Of a DNA stretch of 64,000 nt, positions 20,041-28,930 are shown one piece after another. Below the pieces are notes generated by a model. It saw nothing but the letters and a program-made list of their open reading frames with translations. It was not told the origin of the DNA and searched no databases. A program made the translations under genes and the position numbers. Positions within the stretch are counted from its first letter, which is position 1. The number at the start of each line of letters is the position of its first letter. Origin of the DNA: a virus. Lineage: Duplodnaviria; Caudoviricetes. The DNA is taken from IMG/VR virus record IMGVR_UViG_3300017913_001553, positions 8,027 through 72,026 of that record. One strand, given 5' to 3'.

Positions 20041-21118
20041 TATGGACAGAATTCTAAAACTTGCAGGTCTGGCTACAAAAAACGTAGCAGAAGAAGCAGT
20101 AAATGAATGTGATTGTGATTGCGGTGAAACACCATGTAAAGCATGTGGTAAAGATCATCACGCAACAAGTGAAGCACGTGATCTAAAAGATGGCGTTGAA
20201 GAAGCAGTGGGTGATTTTGCTGACCCAATTCTTGATCTGATTGATGAAGTTGGATCACATCAAATTGTGTTGGATGAATTAATTCGTTACTTAGACGGTG
20301 ATACAATTGAAGATTTTGTAGCAGACTTCCGCAGACACAATGATATGAATATGGAAGAAGCAGAACTGTCAGAAGAAGAACTAGCAGAAGCAATTCCTTA
20401 TATGTATAAATTACATAAGGATGGAAAAAGTCATGAAGAAATTGCTAAAGAACTGAAAATGTCAGTTAAAGCAGTTAAAGATGCGATGAGTAAAACAGAC
20501 GAGGCAATCAATGAAGGTTGGTGCGCCGTTTGTTTAGAAAGTCCATGTGCTTGTACAGATTCTGCAATTGCAGAAGGTGGACACAAAGATGAAATTATTG
20601 ATGACGCACAAAGCATGGACCTAGAAGATTTTTGTGATAAACATGAGGGTTATGGCATGGATCGTGAAGAATGTGTCGCACAATGGAAATACATCAATGG
20701 TGTAAAAGAGTCTTCACTAGAAGAGGGTCGTATGAGTGATCAACTAATTCATGACGCAGAAAATATGTCAAGAGAAGAGTTTGAGAAAAAGCACGGTAAA
20801 GAAGCAGCAAAAGATATGTTTGATGAAAGTGTAGAAATCTCAGAAGCACCTACAATGGATACAACACAACTAATTACACTTCTAAAAAATGCTGGTCTTA
20901 CAGAAGAAGCAATTGAAGAAAAACTAACAGAGTGGGCAAATACACCAGAGGGTGTTGGTGAAGTAGAACCAACAGAACATGGTGATGCTTACGAAATGGC
21001 ACAAAGTGTAAACCTAAGTCTAAAACGTTATCTAGACGCAGAAGATGCCAAGGTTCAAGTATCAGAGCATAAAGTGGAAAACATGAAAGCACTTTATGAA
21101 GCAAAGAAAAACAAATAA
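20033..21118 (+). CDS. acidic prohead core/scaffold-like protein
   Basis: Very Glu/Asp-rich; ILKLAGL motif; many I/L/V-x-E sites. Confidence 0.5.
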   Translation: MSDMDRILKLAGLATKNVAEEAVNECDCDCGETPCKACGKDHHATSEARDLKDGVEEAVGDFADPILDLIDEVGSHQIVLDELIRYLDGDTIEDFVADFRRHNDMNMEEAELSEEELAEAIPYMYKLHKDGKSHEEIAKELKMSVKAVKDAMSKTDEAINEGWCAVCLESPCACTDSAIAEGGHKDEIIDDAQSMDLEDFCDKHEGYGMDREECVAQWKYINGVKESSLEEGRMSDQLIHDAENMSREEFEKKHGKEAAKDMFDESVEISEAPTMDTTQLITLLKNAGLTEEAIEEKLTEWANTPEGVGEVEPTEHGDAYEMAQSVNLSLKRYLDAEDAKVQVSEHKVENMKALYEAKKNK

Positions 21119-21148
21119 GCTCTACCAATTGAGCGGTCTCCCCCAGAC

Positions 21149-21180
21149 AAACGGTGTAGGAAACTACACCGTTTTTCTTT
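21149..21180 (+). terminator. rho-independent terminator
   Basis: AAACGGTGTAG-GAAA-CTACACCGTTT followed by a T-rich tail. Confidence 0.8.
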
Positions 21181-21188
21181 TATAAATA
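21181..21188 (+). promoter_or_regulatory. T4-type late promoter
   Basis: TATAAATA upstream of the terminase gene. Confidence 0.75.
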
Positions 21189-21211
21189 CTATATAATTAC
21201 AGAGGTTTATT

Positions 21212-22777
21212 ATGTCTACAAGTGGAACTGCTAATACCAGTTTGGTAAAAACTCCATATAAAAAAGAAGAATACACAGAAGAACAGATCATTGAATTAGC
21301 AAAGTGTGCCAGTGATCCGTTGTATTTTATTCGTGAGCATTGTTGGATTCAGCATCCAACAAAGGGACGCATGAAATTTAAACTTTATGAGTATCAAGAA
21401 GGACTGATAGACGCATATCATAATAATAGATATAGTGTTGCTTTGATTTCTCGACAGATGGGCAAATCAACTGCTGCGGCAGCATATCTACTTTGGTATA
21501 GCATGTTTAATCAAGACCAAACTATTTTGGTAGCAGCACACAAATTTAGTGGTGCGCAAGAAATTATGTCTCGACTGAGATTTGCTTATGAACATTTGCC
21601 AGACTATTTAAGAGCAGGTGTAGTCTCATATAACAAAGGTTCTATTGAGTTTGATAATGGTTCACGTATTATCGCACAAGCAACAACAGAAAACACTGGT
21701 CGTGGTCTTTCTATTTCGTTAGCGTATCTGGACGAATTTGCATTTGTGCGTCCTAATATTGCCACTGAATTTTGGACTTCACTATCTCCAACATTATCAA
21801 CTGGTGGTAAATGTATTATTACAAGTACACCTAACCAAGATGATGACCAATTTGCTCAAATTTGGCGTGAAGCAATTAAAACGGTTGATGAATATGGCAA
21901 TGAGCAGGAAGTTGGCAAAAATGGTTTCAAGGCATACAGTGCGGATTGGAAAGAACACCCAGATCGTGATCAAGATTGGGCAGATGAAGAAATGTCTAAA
22001 ATTGGTGAAGAAAGATTTAGACGTGAACACCTTAATGAATTTATCGCATACGATGAAACTCTTATTGATAGTATCAAATTGTCCCTTATGGAATCAAAAG
22101 AACCATATGCTAAATTGGGACAAGTTCGTTGGTATAAACCACCAGTTCCTGGTAAAATATATTTGTTAGGACTTGATCCAAGTTTGGGTACAGGTGGTGA
22201 CGCATCAGCAATTCAAGTATATGAGCTTCCTGGTATGAAACAAGTAGCAGAGTGGCAACACAATAAAACTACTGTACAAAACCAAGTTAAAATTATGATT
22301 CAGATTTTGAATTATATTGAAGCAGAAACTCATGGTGAAGTAGAGTTGTATTATAGTGTTGAAAATAATACATTGGGTGAAGCAGCACTTGTTGTGATTT
22401 CTGATATTGGGGAGGACATGATACCGGGAACATTTTTGTCAGAACCAAGAAAACGTGGCGCAAGTTTAAGAATCAGACGTGGTTTTACAACTACATATAA
22501 ATCTAAATTGGCGGCATGTAGTAAATTAAAACATTGGGTAGAAACTGACAAAATTGAAGTTGCTAGTAAAAACTTACTTAGGGAATTAAAAACATTTATT
22601 GCCAGAGGAAATAGTTATTCTGCTAAAGAAGGTGAACACGATGACCTTGTTATGGCACTTGTTTTAATTGTCAGAATGGCACAAGAATTGACTAAGTATG
22701 AAGAGGATGCGTTTGAGTATTTACAGGCAGAAGATGATGATGATTGGGATGAGCCAATGCCATTCGATTTGATCTAA
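21212..22777 (+). CDS. gp17: terminase large subunit
   Basis: SRQMGKS Walker A, LAYLDEFAF Walker B, ITSTPN, GLDPSLG RNase H nuclease motif and HDDLVMA. Confidence 0.95.
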   Translation: MSTSGTANTSLVKTPYKKEEYTEEQIIELAKCASDPLYFIREHCWIQHPTKGRMKFKLYEYQEGLIDAYHNNRYSVALISRQMGKSTAAAAYLLWYSMFNQDQTILVAAHKFSGAQEIMSRLRFAYEHLPDYLRAGVVSYNKGSIEFDNGSRIIAQATTENTGRGLSISLAYLDEFAFVRPNIATEFWTSLSPTLSTGGKCIITSTPNQDDDQFAQIWREAIKTVDEYGNEQEVGKNGFKAYSADWKEHPDRDQDWADEEMSKIGEERFRREHLNEFIAYDETLIDSIKLSLMESKEPYAKLGQVRWYKPPVPGKIYLLGLDPSLGTGGDASAIQVYELPGMKQVAEWQHNKTTVQNQVKIMIQILNYIEAETHGEVELYYSVENNTLGEAALVVISDIGEDMIPGTFLSEPRKRGASLRIRRGFTTTYKSKLAACSKLKHWVETDKIEVASKNLLRELKTFIARGNSYSAKEGEHDDLVMALVLIVRMAQELTKYEEDAFEYLQAEDDDDWDEPMPFDLI

Positions 22778-22805
22778 AAAGATAAATACCAACAAGGAGA
22801 AAGCA

Positions 22806-24080
22806 ATGGAACAGATAGCATCAGATATTTTTGATATTCTAAAAGGCGCAAACTTTAAATTACGTCTTTTTGATTACAGTGGTGGACAAACAGTGACACC
22901 AGAAAATGCTACACGTTTTTATGCGTATGATCAAGATTTTTTGGTAACATTACGTATAGATGACGGTAATCTTGAAGTTTTAGTTCAAACAGGTACAGAT
23001 TTTAATATCGCAAACAACCATGGACTTGTTAAACAAATCAAGCAAGTTGCTCATAATAATTTAGGTGAATTCACAGTGAGAAAATTTAGTAAAAATATCG
23101 AACCAAAAGATTTTAGTCACCAAAGTGTGAATGAAAGCGCATATGGCAAATCATATGGTAGTGTAAAAACAAGTTACGTTCCATTCAAGGAATCAAAACT
23201 AATTATCAAACACACAAAGGCAGTTAACGAAGAAAAGCGTGGTTCAAGATCACGTAATATACACAGCATTTTTATTGAAAGTTCAGGGGGTGAACGTTTT
23301 AGATTCCCAATGAACTATTTAGCGGGTGCTAGAGCAATGGCAATGCATGTGAGTAATGGTAATACACCATACGATCAAAAAGGACAATCGATCCTTTCAG
23401 TTTGTGAAGAAATTTCAGACTTGACAAATTTTGTTAAGCATGTAAGATCAAACAAACTAATGAACGAAAACAATAGTACTACTGTTGAGATCGTGAAAGA
23501 GAGATTAGCATCTCAAAAAAATCTAATCAAGTCTCTAACAACTACAAGAGGTTATAACAATTTTGAAGTTCAAGAGAGTGAAGAAAATTTAGATGTTGAC
23601 ATTACAGAGGATTTTATGTATAATAGTTTTAATACTGATTCGCTAAATAAAGTTCTAAACACGGTAAACCGTGTAGTCAACGAAAACAGAAAGAAAGACA
23701 ACATGCAAAAAGAATTATTAGGAAAACTTATGGATATTGTAGGAAATGGTGATTTAGGACTAGACCACCTTGATCCAAATGACCCTGAAAATCCAAACAA
23801 CGAAGATCAGGAAAAGTATAGTGGATCGCAAGGCATTGACGCGAAATTAAGTAGCATGTTGTCTTACATCGCAAAGCGTACAAAAAATGATTCGCTTGCG
23901 AATATAGCAGCCCAAATGGCAGATGAAGTACATAACAAAATGCCAATGGAAGTAAAGGTAGCACTTGCGAAGTTTGTAAACTTTGCTATGCTTTCACACA
24001 AAGTTAAAAAAGAAGATACATCTACTGAATCAGTAGTTGAATCAGTTGAAAATTCTATGAAATCAAAAATTTCAAAGTAA
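22806..24080 (+). CDS. probable head-internal / core protein
   Basis: GGAG RBS; ATAAATAC upstream; several V-x-E-S sites; no enzyme motif. Confidence 0.4.
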   Translation: MEQIASDIFDILKGANFKLRLFDYSGGQTVTPENATRFYAYDQDFLVTLRIDDGNLEVLVQTGTDFNIANNHGLVKQIKQVAHNNLGEFTVRKFSKNIEPKDFSHQSVNESAYGKSYGSVKTSYVPFKESKLIIKHTKAVNEEKRGSRSRNIHSIFIESSGGERFRFPMNYLAGARAMAMHVSNGNTPYDQKGQSILSVCEEISDLTNFVKHVRSNKLMNENNSTTVEIVKERLASQKNLIKSLTTTRGYNNFEVQESEENLDVDITEDFMYNSFNTDSLNKVLNTVNRVVNENRKKDNMQKELLGKLMDIVGNGDLGLDHLDPNDPENPNNEDQEKYSGSQGIDAKLSSMLSYIAKRTKNDSLANIAAQMADEVHNKMPMEVKVALAKFVNFAMLSHKVKKEDTSTESVVESVENSMKSKISK

Positions 24081-24093
24081 TTTCAAAAATTGC

Positions 24094-24198
24094 TTGACAA
24101 TGAGCAATAAAAATTATACATTGTAAGAGGCAAACAAATTAAGGCAATCGTGAATTATCACAAAAAGGCAAACAAAGGCTAATATAGGAGAAATAATT
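24094..24198 (+). promoter_or_regulatory. sigma70-like promoter and repeat-containing leader of the SSB gene
   Basis: TTGACA 24094 and TACATT 24117; AGGC(A/T)AA at 24128, 24142, 24166 and 24176. Confidence 0.55.
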
Positions 24199-25197
24199 AT
24201 GGCAACTTTGGCAGAAATCCGTGCAAAACTTCTTGCACAACAAACAAACACAGATCGTAAAGCATCAACTGGTGGAGGAGACAATGCGATTTTCCCACAC
24301 TGGAATATTCCAGAGGGATCAACCGCAACCATGCGTTTCCTACCAGATTCTGATGAAGAAAATACATTCTTCTGGAAAGAACGTCAAATGATCCGCTTGG
24401 AATTTCCAGGTGTCAAGGGCGGTGATGAACATAAAGCAATCACAGTTCAAGTACCATGTGTAGAAATGTGGGACGAAACATGTCCAGTACATAGTGAAAT
24501 TCGTCCATGGTTTAAGGACCCTTCACTAGAAGATACAGCACGAAAGTATTGGAAGAAGCGTTCGTATCTATTCCAAGGTTTTGTTCGTGATCATGAGTAT
24601 TCTGACGATGAAACTCCAGAGAATCCAATTCGTCGTTTTGTAATCTCACCACAAATCTTTAAAATTATCAGTGCGGCGTTGATGGACCCTGATTTTCCAG
24701 AGATTCCAACTGACTATGAAGCAGGAACAGACTTTAAGATTGTTAAGTCAACAAAAGGTCAGTATGCTGATTATTCAACTTCGAACTGGGCTCGTCGTGA
24801 ACGTAGTCTAGATCAATCTGAGCGTGATGCTGTAGAAAACTATGGTCTATTTAATCTTGGTGATTTTCTACCGAAAAAACCAAGTGCTGATGAACTAAAT
24901 GCGATTGCGCAAATGTTTGAAGCGAGTGTTGATGGTCAATTGTATGACCCAGACCTATTTGGTAACTTCTATCGTCCATATGGAATGGATGCTCCATCAG
25001 GCGGTGGCACAGTGGCACCACGTCCCACCCCAGAGTCAACTGTAAATGATACAGGGTGGAAAGAACCTGAAGCAGCAGCACCTACTTCAACCCCAACTCC
25101 ACAACCAGAACCAGAACCTGTTGCATCGGCAGCATCTTCTGGTGATGATAAACCAAGTGCGCAAGACATTCTTGCCGCTATCCGCAATCGTGGATAA
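24199..25197 (+). CDS. gp32: single-stranded DNA-binding protein
   Basis: MRFLPD...FW, C(x)6C.VH Zn-type residues, FKIVK..KG.YADYS.S.W; Pro/acidic flexible tail. Confidence 0.85.
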   Translation: MATLAEIRAKLLAQQTNTDRKASTGGGDNAIFPHWNIPEGSTATMRFLPDSDEENTFFWKERQMIRLEFPGVKGGDEHKAITVQVPCVEMWDETCPVHSEIRPWFKDPSLEDTARKYWKKRSYLFQGFVRDHEYSDDETPENPIRRFVISPQIFKIISAALMDPDFPEIPTDYEAGTDFKIVKSTKGQYADYSTSNWARRERSLDQSERDAVENYGLFNLGDFLPKKPSADELNAIAQMFEASVDGQLYDPDLFGNFYRPYGMDAPSGGGTVAPRPTPESTVNDTGWKEPEAAAPTSTPTPQPEPEPVASAASSGDDKPSAQDILAAIRNRG

Positions 25198-25246
25198 ATC
25201 AGTTTAACAGAAGGGGGATAATAATCCCCCTTAGATTGGAGAAATT

Positions 25247-26332
25247 ATGGTAAAACCTTTTGATGTAAGTAAATTCCGTAAAAGCATTACAAAAAGCGTT
25301 CCTGGTTTGAGTACAGGATTTCGTGATCCTGACACTTGGATTAGTACAGGGAATTATACTTTAAATAAACTAATTAGTGGAGATTTTAATAAAGGTGTTC
25401 CACTAGGAAAAGTGTCTGTATTTGCGGGCGAAAGTGGCGCAGGGAAGTCATTTATTTGTTCTGGAAATCTTGTTCGTGAAGCACAGCAGCAAGGTATTTT
25501 TGTTGTTCTTATTGACAGTGAAAATGCTCTTGATGAAAAATGGTTACATGCGCTTGATGTTAGTACAGATGAAGACAAACTTTTAAAACTAAACGTAGCA
25601 ATGATTGATGATGTTGCCAAAGTTATTAATGACTTTATGGCAGATTACAAAAAAGAATACACTGATATTGAATCAGAAGATCGTCCTAAAGTATTGTTCG
25701 TATTGGACTCATTGGGCATGATGCTTACACCAACTGATGTTGATCAATTTAGTAAAGGTGATATGAAAGGTGACATGGGTCGCAAACCTAAAGCACTCAC
25801 TGCACTTGTTCGTAACTGTGTCAATATGTTTGGTGATTATAATGTTGGACTAGTGGCAACTAACCATACATATGCGTCACAAGATATGTTTGATCCAGAT
25901 GATAAAATTAGTGGTGGTCAGGGATTTATCTATGCGTCAAGTATTGTTGTTGCTATGCGTAAATTGAAACTAAAAACAGATGCAGATGGAAATAAAACTA
26001 CTACAGTAAATGGTATCCGTGCAGCATGTAAAGTTATGAAGACACGTTACGCAAAACCATTTGAAAGCGTACAAGTTGAAATTCCCTATGAAACAGGAAT
26101 GAGTCCTTATAGTGGACTTACTGAGTTTTTTGAAGCAAAAGGACTTTTGAAAAAGTCTGGTAATAGTCTTGAATACATTTCACCATTGACTGGCGAAGTT
26201 ATCAAAAAGTTCCGTAAAGCATGGAACAAAAATGATAATGGTTGTTTAGATACAATTATGGAAGAATATAATGAAGATGCTACAGAAGATTCAATAATTG
26301 ATGATGTAGGTGTTGAAAATGAGATTGAGTGA
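25247..26332 (+). CDS. uvsX: RecA-like recombinase
   Basis: AGESGAGKS, LIDSENA, VLDSLG, NHTY and SGG.GFIYASS motifs. Confidence 0.95.
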   Translation: MVKPFDVSKFRKSITKSVPGLSTGFRDPDTWISTGNYTLNKLISGDFNKGVPLGKVSVFAGESGAGKSFICSGNLVREAQQQGIFVVLIDSENALDEKWLHALDVSTDEDKLLKLNVAMIDDVAKVINDFMADYKKEYTDIESEDRPKVLFVLDSLGMMLTPTDVDQFSKGDMKGDMGRKPKALTALVRNCVNMFGDYNVGLVATNHTYASQDMFDPDDKISGGQGFIYASSIVVAMRKLKLKTDADGNKTTTVNGIRAACKVMKTRYAKPFESVQVEIPYETGMSPYSGLTEFFEAKGLLKKSGNSLEYISPLTGEVIKKFRKAWNKNDNGCLDTIMEEYNEDATEDSIIDDVGVENEIE

Positions 26333-26570
26333 TCAAGAATTAGAAATTTATCTTGGAATTTATGAAAGTGCCAAGGGATTGGTTCCAGTAAAAGATCGTC
26401 CAGATTGGGCATTTCGATTCCTCGAACTTCTTGATGGTGAGGGAATTGAAATTAAATTATACAGTCAAGAGATCGTAGATTGCTGTCCGTATCTTGATAA
26501 GGCAATGGATATTGTTCTTGAAGATATGGAAGAAGATTGGGAAGTTGACCAAGACGACGAGTGGGATTAA
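26319..26570 (+). CDS. small acidic hypothetical protein
   Basis: Overlaps the uvsX end; acidic C-terminus. Confidence 0.55.
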   Translation: MRLSDQELEIYLGIYESAKGLVPVKDRPDWAFRFLELLDGEGIEIKLYSQEIVDCCPYLDKAMDIVLEDMEEDWEVDQDDEWD

Positions 26571-27029
26571 ATGAGTCAGTGGTACGGAAAAGTGACAAAA
26601 GATATGGCACAAATTGTGAGTGCCATATCTCACTATGAACAGCAATTAGATGAAGCGCGTTTTGAGTGCGGCATGAAGGGCAATCTAGAAAAGCAGAGTC
26701 GTGATATGCCAGGAATTGTTGAGCACCGCTTTAATCAACTTCAAGAAATTGAAGCAATACTTGAACATCTAAACACTGAAATGCGTAAATTACGTAGTAG
26801 AACATTTAGAAAGTATTTGGAAAATTACAATCGCGCATTAAGCAGTCGTGATGCTGAAAAGTACGTTGATGGTGAACAAGAAGTTGTTGATCTACAATAC
26901 TTGATTAACGATTTTAGTTTGGTTAGAAATAAATTTCATGGTGTAATTAAAGCATTAGAAGCAAAGCAGTTTCAAATTAATAATATTGTTAAACTACGTG
27001 CTGCTGGACTAGAAGATATTTCATTATAA
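26571..27029 (+). CDS. uvsY: recombination mediator
   Basis: YLENY.R.L...DAEKYVDGE motif; helical; follows uvsX. Confidence 0.75.
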   Translation: MSQWYGKVTKDMAQIVSAISHYEQQLDEARFECGMKGNLEKQSRDMPGIVEHRFNQLQEIEAILEHLNTEMRKLRSRTFRKYLENYNRALSSRDAEKYVDGEQEVVDLQYLINDFSLVRNKFHGVIKALEAKQFQINNIVKLRAAGLEDISL

Positions 27030-27053
27030 AATAGATTTTGAATACCCCAAACT

Positions 27054-27107
27054 TGCCCCTTTATGGGGCATTTTTTTGTTGACATGTAAAGTGTTTTACT
27101 ATACTAT
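27054..27107 (+). promoter_or_regulatory. terminator followed by a sigma70-like promoter with a palindromic spacer
   Basis: TGCCCC/GGGGCA hairpin plus T7; TTGACA 27079; GTAAA-N4-TTTAC 27086-27099; TACTAT 27102. Confidence 0.75.
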
Positions 27108-27164
27108 AAAACTATAAGGAAACGAATCTGAAATAATGATTCATATCGTAGGACATACACAAAC

Positions 27165-27866
27165 ATGACAAACGTAAATAAAAAACTATCTCAAGTGTCA
27201 GTTGAAAAAGTATTGGCATTATCTATTATGGTGTATGAGACTTTTGGTTTTGTGCGTAGTAATCAAGGTTATTATAAGGAACTAGAAGATGGTACCCTTG
27301 TAAAAATAAATGACAGTAAAACTGAACTATTAGGTTTTATCGATCAAGATGTTGAACCATCAGCAGAACATATCAAACTTGCCAATGAAATTTTAGAAAA
27401 ATTTAATCAGAAGTATATGGTTAAAAAACTATCTGGTGGTTTGACTTCTTTTGAAAAAAATGTTGCTAATGCATTTTCCACAGATAAACTAACATCATTT
27501 GACGTTGCTATTTTGGCAAGCATTCCAAATATGAATGAGGTTGATAAGAAGCGTCAGGAAGTAGACGATATTATTGAGGGTGTTCGTTTTACTAGTTCGT
27601 ACTTTGGCGCAGTTCGTGAAAGATATGAACTAGTAGTTAAAGTTGTTGATTGTAAATACATTCAAGCGAGTGGTGTCTATATGATCACCACATTGCGTGA
27701 ACAGCAAGACATTATTAAATTCTGGTGGCGTGACCAACCAGACCTTAGTGATATCATAGAAGGTCGTGAACTTATGATTCGGGGCACAGTGAATCGTCAC
27801 GAAAAAGGGCGTTTCTCTGGTGCGCAAGAGACTATGATGAATCGTGTAAAGATACTTTCAAATTAA
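27165..27866 (+). CDS. hypothetical protein with probable C-terminal OB-fold
   Basis: C-terminal beta pattern ...IRGTVNRHE...QETMMNRVKI. Confidence 0.45.
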   Translation: MTNVNKKLSQVSVEKVLALSIMVYETFGFVRSNQGYYKELEDGTLVKINDSKTELLGFIDQDVEPSAEHIKLANEILEKFNQKYMVKKLSGGLTSFEKNVANAFSTDKLTSFDVAILASIPNMNEVDKKRQEVDDIIEGVRFTSSYFGAVRERYELVVKVVDCKYIQASGVYMITTLREQQDIIKFWWRDQPDLSDIIEGRELMIRGTVNRHEKGRFSGAQETMMNRVKILSN

Positions 27867-27885
27867 AAAAAATTATAACTCATTG

Positions 27886-27947
27886 AAAAGGCAAGATTTT
27901 TTCTTGCCTTTTTTAGTTGACAAGTAAAGCATTTTACTTCATACTAT
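27886..27947 (+). promoter_or_regulatory. terminator followed by a sigma70-like promoter with a palindromic spacer
   Basis: AAAAGGCAAGA/TCTTGCCTTTT hairpin; TTGACA 27917; GTAAA-N4-TTTAC 27924-27937. Confidence 0.75.
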
Positions 27948-27976
27948 ATAAGTAATCAAGAGAAAAGGAATCAGTT

Positions 27977-28843
27977 ATGGCGAAAGTAATGGAATTGAAA
28001 GTAACTAAGAAAAAAGCGGTAGGTCGCCCACGCAAAAACGCAGCAAAGACTGTAGAAGCAGAACCAAAGATTGTTGAATCAGATGATCAAATCATGGAAC
28101 GTTTGCGTGAACGATTCCAAATTCTAGAAGACATGACACAAGCAAGTGTTGATGGTATTGTACGTGGTATGGTTGTCACTGGACCTCCCGGTGTTGGTAA
28201 ATCATATGGTGTTGAGAATGTCATTGACAAGAACAGTTTGTTTGACAAAATGGCTGGCAATCGTCTACGGTTTTCAATTGAAAAGGGTGCCGCATCTGCG
28301 ATTGGTCTTTATAAGTTACTTTACAATTACAGCGATAAGAACAATGTTTTGGTTCTTGATGATTGTGATAGTGTTCTTTATGATGAAACATCACTTAACC
28401 TATTGAAAGCAGCACTTGATAGTGGTCAAAAACGCCGCTTGTCATGGAATACTGACAGTGCTATGCTTCGTCGTGAAGGTATCCCAGATACATTTGAGTT
28501 TAAGGGATCAGTTATTTTTATCACAAACTTGAAGTTTGATAAGGTGCGTGGCAAGATCAAAGATCATTTGGATGCTATCATGTCTCGTTGTCACTACCTA
28601 GATTTGACTATGGATACTACACGTGAAAAGTTGCTTCGTATTAAGCAAATCGTTGGTGATGGTATGCTCAATTCATATGGTTTTCAAAATGGTGAAGACA
28701 AAGAAGTTGTTGAATGGATCATCGAAAATCAAAATCGCCTACGTGAAGTTTCATTGCGCATGGTTTGTAAGGTTGCTGATCTGCGTAAAGCAATGGATAG
28801 TCGTTGGAAAATTATGGCAGAATGTACTTGCCTAGTGCGCTAA
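27977..28843 (+). CDS. P-loop (AAA+-like) ATPase
   Basis: GPPGVGKS Walker A, LVLDDCD Walker B, FITN sensor and SRC arginine finger. Confidence 0.85.
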   Translation: MAKVMELKVTKKKAVGRPRKNAAKTVEAEPKIVESDDQIMERLRERFQILEDMTQASVDGIVRGMVVTGPPGVGKSYGVENVIDKNSLFDKMAGNRLRFSIEKGAASAIGLYKLLYNYSDKNNVLVLDDCDSVLYDETSLNLLKAALDSGQKRRLSWNTDSAMLRREGIPDTFEFKGSVIFITNLKFDKVRGKIKDHLDAIMSRCHYLDLTMDTTREKLLRIKQIVGDGMLNSYGFQNGEDKEVVEWIIENQNRLREVSLRMVCKVADLRKAMDSRWKIMAECTCLVR

Positions 28844-28865
28844 AAGTACTATTACGAAAGTAGAG

Positions 28866-28923
28866 ATAATCCCCTCTTGGGGATTATTTTTAATTTGACA
28901 AACATAAACAAAAATGATATATT
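28866..28923 (+). promoter_or_regulatory. terminator followed by a sigma70-like promoter
   Basis: ATAATCCCC/GGGGATTAT hairpin plus T-run; TTGACA 28895, 17-nt spacer, TATATT 28918. Confidence 0.75.
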
Positions 28924-28930
28924 GAATATT

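Noticed and set aside
25211-25232. Terminator between gp32 and uvsX
   Set aside because: A strong hairpin (AAGGGGGAT/ATCCCCCTT) but with no U-tract; more likely an mRNA stability or processing element, so it was not called as a terminator.
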